This document shows positions 51,649 to 64,000 of a DNA stretch of 64,000 nucleotides, one piece after another. The stretch is from Lama guanicoe (Eukaryota), in assembly GCA_013239625.1 (NCBI GenBank), contig MU054212.1, forward strand, positions 8,827,084 through 8,891,083, in the 5' to 3' direction. Position numbers and translations under genes: made by a program. Within the stretch, counting starts at the first letter, position 1. Each line of letters starts with the position of its first letter. The notes beneath the pieces were generated by a model. The model had not been told where the DNA came from and did no database searches. It was given only the letters and a program-made list of their open reading frames with translations.

Positions 51649-52489
51649 AGGATAAAATACTGGACTTAAAAAAAAGGAGAGCTCTTTGTTGATAATAATA
51701 CTTAGTGCTGAAGCAGTTGCAGTGCATAAAGATCTAGCACATGTCTTTGGGAAAGCACTTTTTCACTGGGTATTCTCAAGCCATAAAAGCATTTATGTTG
51801 GCTTTATAATCTCACCATGGGAGATTTAGCCTAAAACATTGTTCAAGCAGGAGAGTTATGTGAATTAAGATCTTTATTGCAAAATTATGGGTAACAGCAA
51901 AGCATTAGAAACTGTGCACATGGCTCCAGTCAGAAGAGCTAAGTGCATCAACCCATGGGAATGCCAGGCCATGGTGAAACCTGCAAAATCCTGGGATGAG
52001 GTAACTCTCCGAGAACGGACATGGAAGGATGTCCACTACGTACTGTGATTTCAGATCTCAGCCCGTGTGTGTCACGGTTGTGTGAGTTACGTGCCGCAGT
52101 CTGGAGTGGTCTGTGACCACCACAGCAGCACACGGTCTGTGGCTGTTCATCTCCTCCCAGCGTGTCCTCCCGTCAGTTCTTTCCTTCCCTGGAGGATGCC
52201 CAACTTTCCCTGATAACCACCTGAGCGTCACAACCACCCTCCTTTGTCTACAGAGCCCTGATGCAGTAGCCTTTCAGCTGATAAACAAATGCAGGTGATT
52301 CCCTAGCGGGCCCTGTGAAGAGGCGCCCCTTCCTGGCTCCTTGCAGTTTGAGCATTTCTCTGCGAGTCTGAAATGGACCAGGGGATGGCCGTTTACAACA
52401 GCTCCTCCTGGGGCCAGATTCCTCCCTGCAGAGTGTGGCAGGCTGGTCACTTTCATGACAACGCTGTCTTTTCCCTTCTCTCCTCCCAG

Positions 52490-52594
52490 GTTCTGGGGCC
52501 TTGTCACAGATGCCAGATGATATGCATCGATCAGCAAACGGGGCAACGAAACCAAGATGTTTTCCAAAAGCTTTCTGAGAGGCAGCAGAGAAAG
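52490..52594 (+). CDS. MOCOS: MOCOS exon 14, VLGPCHRCQMICIDQQTGQRNQDVFQKLSERQQRK
   Basis: Conserved MOSC CxRC motif; long polypyrimidine tract and CAG; AAG|GTAAGC donor. Confidence 0.97.
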
Positions 52595-54271
52595 GTAAGC
52601 GTAATTGTGAAATACGACACCCCATTTTAAGATCCCGATGTGCGATCCACACCAGAACTAATCCTTAATAGTACTGAGTCATTTTTAGAAGTGGGAAACC
52701 ATTCTAAGGCTGACGGGCTACCATCAAGGTTCAGACCTCGTCCACAGCACAGTCTCATTTTTCCTCTCGATTCATTTCCTCACTTTAAAGAATTCCATGT
52801 ATTTTTGATACTTTCAAATCTTGTTGAAGAGATAAGGACTATAAATAAGAAATAAGTAAAGAAGTAAAGTAATTCTATTGTCTTGATCATTATTTTCTTT
52901 GCCACAGAAATCTCATGAAGAGTAAAAAAACTCCTTATGGTGAATAGGTTAATCGCATAGAAAGATTCAATAAATTTCACTGTACTAAGTGTGTCCGTCA
53001 TCTTCTCGCGGGTTAAAATGACCAAGTGTTGCTCTCTTGGATTCCAAGCGATAAAAGTTGAACCAGGAAGACTCTTTCATTTCTGGGCTTGCACTTCCTG
53101 CCAGGACTTTTTGTTTGCAAAGAATTCCAGTAAAGCCAAGTAAGCAGTCCGACTGCGTGGAACAATTCTTGAACATTAACTGAAATGATGCAAGCATTTC
53201 ATCTCTTTCCAGTAATAAACCGGCAAGTTAACTCACGGGGAAACGTTCTGCGTTGTACCCTGTGTTTCTCCAAACCACAGTTTCGTTTCACAGTATTTGA
53301 TTGACACAACTCTCCTTACAGATAGAGGACAGGGGGTCTGCAGAGCTGTTGCCCTTGAGTGTTACACTAACATATCTGTCTGCTCAGCGGCAGCAGGCGG
53401 CTATGTCAACTGGGGGTGTGGGGACCTTGAGCCTGCCCCATGCAGGTTGCCAGGAAGGGGATGGGTGGACACAAATATTATAGTATATGGATGTGGTATT
53501 TCTCAACATCACTATAATTTTTGTGCACAGATCTTTTATTTTTTTAATTTGGAAATAACTTAAGATTTACAGCAAAATTGCAAAGAGAGTACAGAGAGTT
53601 CCTGTGTAGTCTTCACCTACATGTGCACAAATCTTAAGGAATTAATTTGGCCCCAGCCCCCAGCCTGGTGGCTGGAACACGGTGGTGGCCAACCCATGCT
53701 AGCACAGGAACGAACAGATCTGGGAACATGTCACATCCTCCAAAGTCTTCCTGCTGGCTCACCTGCATTGATGACAAACCTTGAGTAGACTCAGACGGTT
53801 CTTCACTTTGGACCTTCCATCTTTATTGCGGAGAACTTGGAGAGCTTAGTTCACATTACACATTCTCACAGGAAATGCTGAATGTCGCCCATATTTTCAC
53901 AAAATGGCTTTTACATCAGGGACCTGAACAGACATCGGCCCGGCAGTGGTTGGAGGCCCAGAGCAGGAAGAAGGCCTCCTGTGGGAAACTCAGGGTGTCC
54001 AGGAAGGGGGAAAAAGAAACGGTCCAGCAATAAACAGGAGGGGGGTGACTATGGGGAAAGAGCACCTTGGGAGGAGAATCTGTGGCATCTAGGATATCAC
54101 GATGCTCCCTGTTTCCCAGTATCTTCTTCGACACGACAGGTAGGACTTATCAAGTCCCAGTACATATCGTTAAAGAGCTGACTTAATTATAGTGGAACCG
54201 TATTATTTACAAAATTATCGGAGCTGCTAAAATATTCTAACTTTTTGTTGCTGCTGCTGTTTTGTTCACAG

Positions 54272-54424
54272 GTGAACTTTGGAGTGTACCTGATGCACAC
54301 GGCTTTGGATTCGTCTTCTCCGTGTTACCTGTCTGTAGGATCTCAGGTGCTCCCTATGTTGAAGGAAAACACAGAACACGATGATTTATCTGCTTCTGAG
54401 AAATATCAGCATGTGGTCTCCTAA
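54272..54424 (+). CDS. MOCOS: MOCOS exon 15 (coding part), VNFGVYLMH...QHVVS*
   Basis: CAG acceptor; NFGVYL and LSVGSQV motifs; TAA at 54422-54424. Confidence 0.95.
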   Translation: MNFGVYLMHTALDSSSPCYLSVGSQVLPMLKENTEHDDLSASEKYQHVVS

Positions 54425-54442
54425 AATTTGTTTTCAACATAG

Positions 54443-54448
54443 ATTAAA
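54443..54448 (+). terminator. Candidate proximal polyadenylation signal ATTAAA
   Basis: ATTAAA 18 nt after the stop, CA dinucleotides 13-25 nt downstream and a T-rich tract at 54474-54482. Confidence 0.5.
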
Positions 54449-54475
54449 ATTTCTCTTTTACAACTATCTCCACTG

Positions 54476-56065
54476 TTTTTTTCCCTCCAGTTTTATTGAG
54501 ATACAATTGACACACAGCACTTTGTAAGTTTAAGGTGTACCGCTTAATGATTTGACTTACATACGTCATGAAATGATGACCACAATAAATTCAGTGAACA
54601 TTCATCTCATATAGACACAACATTAACGAAATAGAAAAAAAATGTTTTCCTTGTGATGAGGACACTTAGGATTTACTCTCTTGACAACTTTTATATACAA
54701 TGTTCAGCAGTATGAATTATATATTTCATGTTGTATGTTATATCTCTAGTACTAATTTATCTTATAAATAGAAATGTATACCTTTTGTTTACACTTGGTC
54801 TTAGCCAAAAGGTCGAGAAGCGATTGAAACTTGTACCTTTTTTAACTGAAGTATACCTGATTTACCACCTTGTGTTAGATTCAGATGCACAGCAAAGTGA
54901 TTCAATTATACATGTATAATATGTATAATTATACTATTTCATTATATGAAAAAAATATATATATTCAGATTCTTTTCCATTGTAGGTTATTACAAGATAT
55001 TGAATATAGTTCATGTTCAATGTTTTGAATATAGTTCCCTGTGCCATACACAGGTCCCTGTTGTTTATTTTATACATAGTAATGTGTATCTGTTATAATC
55101 CCAAACTCCTAATTTATCCCTCCCTCTCTTTCCCCTTTGGTAACCATAGGTTTGTTTTTTATGTCTGTGTGTTTATTTCTGTTTTGTAAATAAGTTCATT
55201 TGTATCATTTTTCTAGATTCCACATATAAATAGTATCATATGATATTTGTTTTTCTCTGACTTAACTTCAATTAGCCTGATTATCTCTAAGTCCATCCAG
55301 GTTGCTGCAAATGGCAATATTTCATTCTTTTTTATGGCTGAGTAATATTCCATTATACCACAGGTTCTTTATCCATTCATCTGTTGATGGACATTTAGTA
55401 CATGTATTTTTTTCTGGGCTTTCTATCCTGTTCCATTGATCTGTGTGTCTGTTTTTGTACCAGCACCATCCTGTTTTGATTACTGAAGCTTTGTAGTATA
55501 GTGTGAAGTCAGGGTGTGTGATTCCTCCAGCTCTGTTCTTCTTTCTCAAGATTGTTTTGGTTATTCAGGGCCTTTTGTGTTTCCATACAAATTTTAAAAT
55601 TACTTGTTCTAGTTCTGTGGAAAATGTCATTAGTATTTTGATAGAAAGTGCATTAAATCTGTAGATTGCCTTGGGCAGTATGGTTATTTGACATTATTGA
55701 TTCTTCCAGTCCAAGAACGTGGTATCTCTTTCCATCTGTTGGTGTCGACTTCAGTTTCTTTCATCAGCATCTTATGGTTTTCAGAATACACGTCTTTTGC
55801 CTCCTTAGGTAGGTGTACTATTAGGTATTTTATTCTTTTTGATGCAATAGTAAGTGGGATTGTTTCCTTAATTTCTCTTTCTGATAGTTCATTGTTAGTG
55901 TATAGAAATGGAACAGATTTCTGTATATTAGTTTTGTATCCTGCAACTTTTCCAAATTCATTGATGGACTCTAGTAGTTTTCTGGTAGTGTCTTTAAGAT
56001 TTTCTGTGGATAGAGTCATGTCATCTGCAAACAGTGACGGTTTACTTCTTCCTTTCCAATCTGGA
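54476..56065 (-). mobile_element. Stacked L1 fragments immediately 3' of MOCOS (two 3' UTRs plus ORF2 segment), hosting the U2 fragment
   Basis: Minus ORFs SLFADDM...INEFGKVAGYK...RIKYL and [13 protein letters not shown]...[10 protein letters not shown]. Confidence 0.9.
54790..54824 (-). pseudogene. 3'-truncated U2 snRNA retropseudogene (U2 nt 1-35)
   Basis: Reverse complement ATCGCTTCTCGACCTTTTGGCTAAGACCAAGTGTA vs U2 ATCGCTTCTCGGCCTTTTGGCTAAGATCAAGTGTA (33/35). Flanked by degenerate direct repeats gaaatgtatacctttt / gaaacttgtacctttt. Confidence 0.9.
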
Positions 56066-58749
56066 TTCCTGATGAGCACTTCTGCAGACTCCAGTTGAAT
56101 ATGCCCAGTGATGGAAGGCTCACTCTCTACTGAAATGACCCATCCCCCTGAGTTGCTCAGAAGTTCCTCCTTGTATTAAGTTTGTTTCTATCTCTGGTGA
56201 TTTCCAGCCATGGGTCTTGCCCTGTTGTCTGGAGTAACCCGGAGTGAGTATGTACCATCCTGCATCCACCCTGCTGAGTCCTTCCGAAGCCTAGGGTCCA
56301 CGTGTGAACCTCAGGTCATTGGTTAGGACTTCAGTACCTTCCACCTAGATTGTCCAATCACTTCTCTTCCCTAAAACCCTGCCCACCACTGCCCACAACA
56401 TCTTTCTAAATCCAGTGTTAGCACATCTCTCTATGGCTCAGGTGTTTAATGCAGCAGGCTCAGGCTTCCCTGCCTGATCTATTCAGAGCCCTTGGGACTA
56501 AGGATCAATCTGTTCCCTTGCCTTATTTGTAGAACTTTGTGTAGTTCCCAGCATAACGTGGGATGTGAAGGATGAGGAATGCCCCTTCTGAGGCTGCTGA
56601 GATACAACCTTGTGCTTACACTCTCATCTGGTGGCAGAATTAAGCGTAAGAAGTGGCCTCTGACCCAGTAGTTTCTGAGGCCAGTGAAAGAGGCGGCAAA
56701 TGATGTTGGACGGTTTTATTATTCCAAACTGTGTATTAAAAGTTTAGCCTCTTCGAAGACCCAGCAATACTGCATCATGTATACAGGCCCATCCCCACCA
56801 GCTAACCAGTGGGAGAACAAGGGACTGAGATGATGGCCCCTCGTCCAGGCCAGTTTCATACACGAGGAAACTCTTCCCTGATGGCACACTGCAGCGTTTT
56901 CCAAGAATTTGCATCCCATCAGATGTGACTGGAGCCAAGTAAGAAAGCGTGTTCTACAAGAATTCGGTCACCTGTGTCATCAACATATTTTCAGGTACAA
57001 AGGACAATTCATCTTGTTCTTGTCCATACTCATGTCACTTTTTGCAGTTGGTAATTTTTGGAATGCTTTCAGATATTTTAATGCAAGTCACTTTAATAAT
57101 TACTTATAATTATTGATGTAACATCTGTCTCTGCCAGGCTCCGTGAGGAGAGGGCCTGTGCCTGTTTGACTCACCAGCATGTGACCAGTGTTGACAGATA
57201 AGAGGGGCTCAATACAATCTGTTGGGCCTGGTTTTATGATTGATTGATTGATTTTAAATGTAAATTGTCTTTAGGGCCTAATTTCAATATTTCTCATGTA
57301 AGATTTTAGCGAAAAGTGTATTTTGTGTATTCTGTGGAGTGACTTCATATTCAGACTTCTTGGGCATTTATGATTCTGTGTCCCTTCCTTGGTTCCCACC
57401 TCCTGAAGTTCAGCCCTAGGTTGTTTCTAAAAGAATGAAAATCAAGGGCAATGTCACGTCCCTTAAATTTAATTCTAACACCAAATCTCAGGAAGTCACC
57501 GAAAGTCAAACTGTGTTTTTCGACATGTCCCGAGTATAGCCGCATCAGTGTCTTTCTGAGCATTCCCTTTGTGGTCCCTGTCAGCAGGGGAGAGGTTCTC
57601 TTCCGCACACTTAAGACTGATTCCTTTGAGGATGGTGGGTGCTGACTTCCAACTGAAACACAGCCTCATCCCCTGCTCAGTCTAATGGGATGGGGAAGGG
57701 CAGGCAGTGAGTGAGTCCCTCCTCCTGTGGAAAGATGTCCATTCATTTGCTGTTCATTCAAAATGAACAGGTTCTAGGGCGACAGAAATGAAAGAAACCG
57801 AATGTGCCTTCAAGGGTCTCACCATAGAGGCAACACTGAGAAGGGACAGACAGACCAGTGAGTAATCAGGTGTGGTAGAGAATGTTTCAAAAATATGCTG
57901 TTCTCTGACGCGTGCACTTGTTATTCAGGGTTTACTTAAAGTATCCTGCAGGTGTTCTTTGGTGAGAAGATTCTAGAGGGGTCAAAAGTCCACTAGAATA
58001 TTCCCAGATATGAGTCTCTGATATTGGTTAGACTTCTAGGCAGAGAAAGCTAAGCCCAGGTCACGCGGACCAAAGACTCATTTAGACCTTGGTTCTCCAT
58101 ACACATTCCATATTCTTATCTATGTGAAAACAGAATCACGTGTTCATAACAGTATTTTTAATAGCTTAAGTGGTAAAGGACCTAAATGGTCATGAACAGG
58201 AGAATGGATGAAAGGTGATAGTGAAAATGGAGGGATCAGAACACAGTGCTGAGAGATAGAAGAAAGTTTCAGAACACATGCAGTAAGATTGCAAAAAAAA
58301 AAAAATCAAGAAAACACGACCATGCGTTGCCTTAGGGGTACACACGTGTATAGTAGAAATATAAAGAAACGGATGGAACAATAAATTACACATTGTGGGG
58401 TAGGGAGCTAGAAACAGGGTGGGCACACCGAAGCTTTGTCTCTACTGGGAATGTCTTATTCCTTAAGCTGTAGGATTGTAGGTACACAGGTGTTGACCGC
58501 ACTGTTCTTTATATCTTTTCTAATGACTTAAATATTCAAAAATAATTTTTTAAAAAGTTTTGGCAAAAATTCCTCATAAGTTCTTTTTCTCTTGCTCAAA
58601 GGGCACAGTACTGATCAAGAGAAGGTGCCTAGCCTGCTGAGGGGGACATCTGTGTCCCTGAAACCAAGCCAAAGGCAGGGACTTGCACTTAGGCTAACAG
58701 ATTTGCTATGCTGGTAGCGGATAGCATTATCTGGAACTTACGAATAGAA

Positions 58750-60105
58750 TTTTTAAGAAAGATTTTACTTTATTGGGGTAAACACACTTAACATGAGATC
58801 TTCCCTCTTAACAAAATTTTAAGTGTACGTATGTTATTGCTGACTATAGGTACAATGTTGTACAGCAGATGTCTAGAGCTTATTCAACCTCTTTTACTGA
58901 AACTTTATGTCCTTTAATTAGTAACTCCCGTTCTATGAACTTGACTATTTTAGGTACCTCATGTAAGTGGAATTAAACAGTATTTACCTTCCTGCAACTG
59001 GCTTATATTTCACTTGGCATAAATGTCCTCAAGGTTCATCCATGTTGCTACAAGTTGCAGAAGTTCCTTCTTTTTAAATCAAGGGTGAATAGTATTCTCT
59101 TGCATGTGTCATATCTTCTTTGTCCATTCATCTGTCAGTGGACATTTCGGTTGCTTCCACATTTTAGTCATTGTGCATGGTGCTGCTATGAACATGGGAG
59201 TGCTGTGTCCTCTTCCAGATCCTGATTGCAATTCTTTTGGGTAAATACCCAGAAGTGGGACTGCTGGACCATATGGTAGTTCTATTCTTAACGTTTTGAG
59301 GAGCTTCCATACTGTTTCCCATAGCAGCTGCACCATTTTGCATTCCTACTAGCAAGTGTGCAAGGGTTCAAGTTTCTCTGCATCCTTGCCAGCACTTGTT
59401 ATCTTTTGGTTTTTTTTCATGATAGTGGGTGTGAGATATTTCATTGTGGTTTTGACTTGCGTTTTCCTGATGATTAGTAACATTGAGCATTTCTTCCTAT
59501 ACCGTACAGTGTCTTTGTCTAGCTTAGTAAGAGTAATACTGGCATCATAAAATGAGTCTGGAAGCATTCCCTCCTGTTCATTTTTGGAGAAGAGTTTGAG
59601 AAGGATTGGCTTTAATTCTTCTTTAAACGTTTGTTAGAATTCACCAGGGAAGCCATCTGTTCCCTGGGCTTTTCTTTGTTGGGAGGTTTTTAAATTGCTG
59701 ATTTAATTTTTATGTTTCGGTCTGTTCAGACTTTCTGTTTCTCCATAATTTATTCTTGATAGGTTGTCTGTTCCCAGGAATTTGTCTGTATTTTTAGGGC
59801 ATTCAGTTTGCTGGAGTATAATTTTTCGTAGCAGTCTCTCACGATCACTTATATTTCTGTGTCATCAGCTGTAATGTGTCTTCTTTCACCTCTGATTGTG
59901 TGAGTCCTCTCTCTGTTCTTAGTTTATCTAAGGGGTTGTCAATGTTGTTCATCTTTCCAGAAAAACCAACCCTTAGTTTTTGTCGATCTCTTCTATTGTT
60001 TATTTTCTATTCCTCTTACTTCTGCTCTAATCTGTTGTTTCTGTCCTTCTGCTAACCTTGGGTTTAGTTACCTCTTTTTCCAGCTCCCTGAGACGTAAAG
60101 TTAGG
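58750..60105 (-). mobile_element. L1 fragments (3' UTR/ORF2 end joined to an upstream ORF2 segment)
   Basis: Minus ORFs [12 protein letters not shown] and IELPYGPAVPLLGIYPKE...WKQPKCP. Confidence 0.88.
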
Positions 60106-61195
60106 AAAGCCATATTGTTTATTAAACAAATTGCTTTGCTTTTGATACAAGTAAAACCATTATGAAAATACACATTGTTCATGATCTGCAGTGGCTACTG
60201 CATGCCTCCCATTGTACTGGATGGTGGGTTGAGAAAAGGAAAAGCCAAGGTTCCTGTATTCAGCGACCTTGATGGTTCCTATGATGCAATCACCAGACCG
60301 TGGTGCTTTGATGGAGGTCCAGGGGACAGGGGCACATCTAGAAGTGAGGAGGTTGGCCCTCGGGGGAGGAAGGGTAAGCCCTGCAAAGGTGGTCGGAGCA
60401 GCGCCACCTCCCCTGGGTGACAGACAGCTGTCCCAGCTGATGCTGCTAGGACCACTTCCATTCACAAATGTCTCTGACCTCCAGGGTGTCTGGCAAGGGA
60501 AGAGACGAAAATACCATTTAGGACCATGCCCCAAGCCTCTAGCTGTGGTGACAGGAGTTAAGCACTGCAAGGCCAGCTTCAATGAGTGGCATTTGCTTTT
60601 TCGAGTGATCAGAAGAGGCCCTTGGCACTCACTGTGCCCCATCTTTCTCAGGCTCCTTCGTCTAGCCGGTGAGCAGTCGGAGGGCACCGACTGCAGGTAT
60701 CCAGGGGTCCAGAGATCCACCGCTAGAATCAAGGCCAGCGGGCACTTGGGGAGCATTCTGATTATGCAAATGGCCTGCTGGGGACCCTGGCAGTGGATGA
60801 AGGCTTCACTGGTCAGGTCGTGTTCCAAGCACTTGGCATCTCCCAGAAAGGCTGAGGCTCTTCTCGCCGCCAGGAGAGTTCAGGGCACAACCGGAAACAG
60901 GAAAAAACCTAAGCTCCACCTGACGGACACTTAGCCTGTCTCTTTTAAATTCTTTTTTTTTTTTTGTGCACGTGTGTGCTGACAGAATTAACTTCTATGT
61001 ATCTCACCTTGCAAACCCCCAAATTAAAATCCTGGCGAACATCATTGCATATGAGCAAGTTATCAAACATCTCTTAACCTCATATGAAAAATGAGAAAAA
61101 CCACAGTACTTACCTCATGAAAGTTGTTTGGCAATGAAGTGGGCCATTTTGTGTTTCGCACGGTGCCGCAAAATAATGATGCCAGAGTGAGCCAC

Positions 61196-61217
61196 GTCTA
61201 CCACCTGGTGGCAGCAC
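61196..61217. promoter_or_regulatory. Candidate CTCF motif readable on both strands
   Basis: Minus CTGCCACCAGGTGGTAG; plus CCACCTGGTGGCAGCA; motif match only. Confidence 0.45.
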
Positions 61218-63338
61218 TAGGTAGTGCAGATTTTGTTCCTCCAAGAAGCTGAAATACAGTTCAGTTGGGGTCAGCAAATCCTATACAGAAGGAGGGCTAA
61301 CATGAAGGCACTTCTGACCCCCCACCTGCCTTCCTTAATGGGTCAGCTCAGAGAAATTTTTCTACATCGATTTTGGAGTCCTTTAAAAAGTTGGTTCCTA
61401 ATTATTTCAAGGTCAGATTAATTTTGAACCTGCATTGCATCAACTATTTTTTTGAGGTCCCCTATTTTTCTTTCTTTCTTTTTTTTAAGGATGCTGCTTT
61501 GAATGGGCAGTTTGGCCAGGTAAATCAATCTCTTTATCTCTCCTCCTTTTTAACATGTATTGTACATTCTCTTAGCAACAGATCCAAGTTTTGTGGGCCT
61601 GTAGCTTATGTAATTTTAAAGTCATCTTTAAAGGAAAGGATACAAAATAAAAACTCAGTGCAAACACTAACCTTTACTTGCATGAGAAAAGACAGGGCTG
61701 TGGAAGGCGTCTATGCAAGTGAGAGGCTTTGAACTTGAGCCTTGTTACTTTTACAGTGATTCTACCTTTGCATGGTTTGCTGGCTGCTCCCCTTCCCTGG
61801 GGCAACTAAGCACCACTCAGCCTCCCAAGGGTTACTTTGTTCTTTTGCAGTTTACAGAATAAACTACGTTTTGTTCGCTTTCTAAAATAAACAGCTCCAT
61901 GAAGACCTGTCCCAGTCTTTTCTCTCCCACCGGTGGTTGGAAACTAATTTTTTTGCACACTGTTTGCTCCAGCTGGGACTGAGACCTGAGGTCTTCATCA
62001 GTACGTTAAATGGATGCACAGCTGTGTTTATGTATTATAAATAATTAAAACATACCCCTATTGACAGATATCAAAGTTTCTGATTTTTAATTTTATAAGT
62101 AAGACTGCAGTAAACTTTGCTTTTGAACAGGGCTATTTATATATTTACTTAGTCATTTATTTCTGCTTCTGCCAAATGATTTCCTGGGAACATGAGTGGG
62201 ATTCCAGGATAATAGTTAAGAAGTTATTGCTAGGTCTTGTCATAATGTTTTCTGGTAAAAATGTACTGATTTATAATGGTAGTGTTTCAATAGCAGGCTG
62301 GCCCAGCCATTTCAGGTTCCCTGGGCTAGGGCTCCCAGTTCAAGGAATACGCTCCACTTCTTTGGTGGAGCCCTTTTCATTAGAACTTGTTCATTCCAAG
62401 AAGGCAGCAGGCATAGTCTGAAGAAATGAGCCAGAGCGGCTTCAGGATTTGGAGAAACTAGGAGCGTGCCTGGCAACGGGAAGGGAAACTCCGCAGGGTG
62501 AACGGAGAGGTCCCATCCCTTCCCCACCCAGTTCCTCTGAGGCTAATGGGGTCCCCTCCCAACATGTGGGGGGCCCAGGTAAAGCTTCAAATGGAGGCCC
62601 ATATGCCAGGCTTATAAATACATTTAAAATTCATAAATCAAACCAAATGGTAAGAAAAATACGTTCTTCCTACTTTGACGAATATACCTTCTTAATGACT
62701 CAGAAGGACAGATCTGAATTTAGAATTCTGACTCCTTGGCACTTTGCACAGGAAGGTACGGATGGTGTGAGGAAAGCTGGCCCAGCCCCTGGTTGCCAGC
62801 CATAGCCTACACTCTTTCTCTCCCCACCCCGGAGCTACGGACCCCAGAAGTGTGTCCACCTGATCCTGCACATCCAAACTCCATCCAGACTCCACTGCGA
62901 GCAGCCACTCCATAGCCTCTTCCTAGGCTTGTTGTGGGGGGGGTCCACCCTAAGGGGGATCATGCAGAGAAGAGACACAGTAGTGTTGGAAATATGTTCA
63001 GGGTCGTTTGGGCAGGGTCTTCTGTGGTACCAGGTACCTGGAGATCACTCTAGAGAGAGAGCAGCTTGTGTCCCGGGGGGCATGAGCACTTGTCCTATGG
63101 ACTCCTTGTCCTTTAGGGAGAGGTGGGCGGAGTGAGGCTCTCTAATGCACAGAGCCTAAGGCACTTAGCCCTTGCTCTGGGCTAAGATAAATGCTGGTAA
63201 GAACTTTTCTGGATAAAGTGAACTGCCCCAAAGAGAGGACCTACAGATACTCAGGGAAAAAGCCATTTTTCCACCAGCTTGTCCACAGTGAAGCCCACCA
63301 GGCAAAGTGCCTCTGTTATGCCCCAGAGCTTCCAATCG

Positions 63339-64000
63339 TTTTTTTTTTTTTTAATTTTTAATTGCGGTGTAGTTGATTTACAATGTTAGTTTCAGGTGTA
63401 CAGCAAAGCGATTCAGTTATACATACACACACACATATATATATTTTTTTCAGATTCTTTTCCATTATAGCTTATTACAAGAAATTGAATATAGTTCCCT
63501 GTGCTATAGAGTAGGTCTTTGCTATTTATGTATTTTGTATATAATAGTGTGTATCTGTAAATCCCAAACTCCTAATTTCTCCCTCCCTCCCCCTTTCCCC
63601 TTTGGTAACCATAATTGTTTTCTATATCTGTGAGTCTGTTTCTGGTTTATAAACAAAATTTGTATTTCTTTGATTTCACTTATAAGTGATATCATATTAA
63701 TATTTGTCTTTCTCTGTCTGAATTACTTTACTTAATATGAGAATCTCTAGGTCCATCTATGGTGCTGCAAATGGCATTATTTCATTCTTTTTTATGGCTG
63801 AGGAGTATTCCATTTTATATATATACCACGTCTTCCTCATCCAGTCATCTGTTGATGGATATTATTTCCCTGTCTTGGCACTTGTAAATAGTGCTGCTGT
63901 GAACACTGAGGTGCATATGTGTCTTTTCAAATTATAGTTTTCTCCAGATGTACACCTAGGAGTGGGATTGCTGGATCCTATGGTGAGTCATTTTTAGTTT
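63339..64000 (-). mobile_element. L1 3' end running off the window
   Basis: Poly-T followed by a cetartiodactyl L1 3' UTR signature. Confidence 0.88.

Larger units (their letters stand above)
5656..54424 (+). other. MOCOS: MOCOS gene span (ATG to stop), 15 coding exons, 889-aa molybdenum cofactor sulfurase
   Basis: Manually spliced exons of 142+90+67+645+77+200+117+462+163+79+125+106+139+105+153 = 2670 nt give one open frame. All introns are GT-AG. Translation matches recalled human MOCOS (VYLDHAGATLF, ISFYKIFGFPTG, RTGCFCN, YPIKSC, RFRAN, CHRCQMI). Confidence 0.98.

Noticed and set aside
55322..56079. Reverse-transcriptase-like ORFs (FADDM motif)
   Set aside because: Broken L1 ORF2 fragments, not an intact RT gene or a novel retroelement system.
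60160..60934. 221/222-aa antiparallel ORFs downstream of MOCOS
   Set aside because: No recognisable protein similarity and no poly(A) or TSD suggesting a retrocopy. I cannot support a gene without a BLAST search.

Overview
This is mammalian genomic DNA, very probably from a camelid (Vicugna/Lama/Camelus), inferred from seven copies of the tRNA-Ala-derived Vic-1-type SINE plus cetartiodactyl-type L1 3' ends. It contains the complete, apparently intact 15-exon MOCOS gene (molybdenum cofactor sulfurase) on the + strand. The ATG is at 5656 in a CpG island and the TAA is at 54422-54424. The spliced CDS is 2670 nt (889 aa), all introns are GT-AG and the phases are consistent. The protein has a NifS-like PLP domain (FYK265, RTGCFC425N) and a C-terminal MOSC domain. 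The rest is intronic or intergenic sequence with L1, SINE, L2/MIR, LTR40-like, MER3 and Tigger fragments and microsatellites. I found no new multi-gene system. The most notable observations are: (1) a tail-less internal L1 ORF2 fragment with a 17-bp target duplication in intron 1, later caught in a perfect 199-bp tandem duplication; (2) a second 172-bp tandem duplication with the same +A junction; (3) a 35-nt U2 snRNA retrocopy just past the stop codon; (4) an E->K change in the conserved MOSC 'NEAQ' motif; (5) an L1 inserted 20 nt upstream of exon 12; (6) a rare GAG acceptor and a NAGNAG acceptor; (7) inverted SINE/L1 pairs that could form dsRNA. Comparisons with human MOCOS and repeat consensus sequences are from memory, not from a search. 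Repeat boundaries are approximate.
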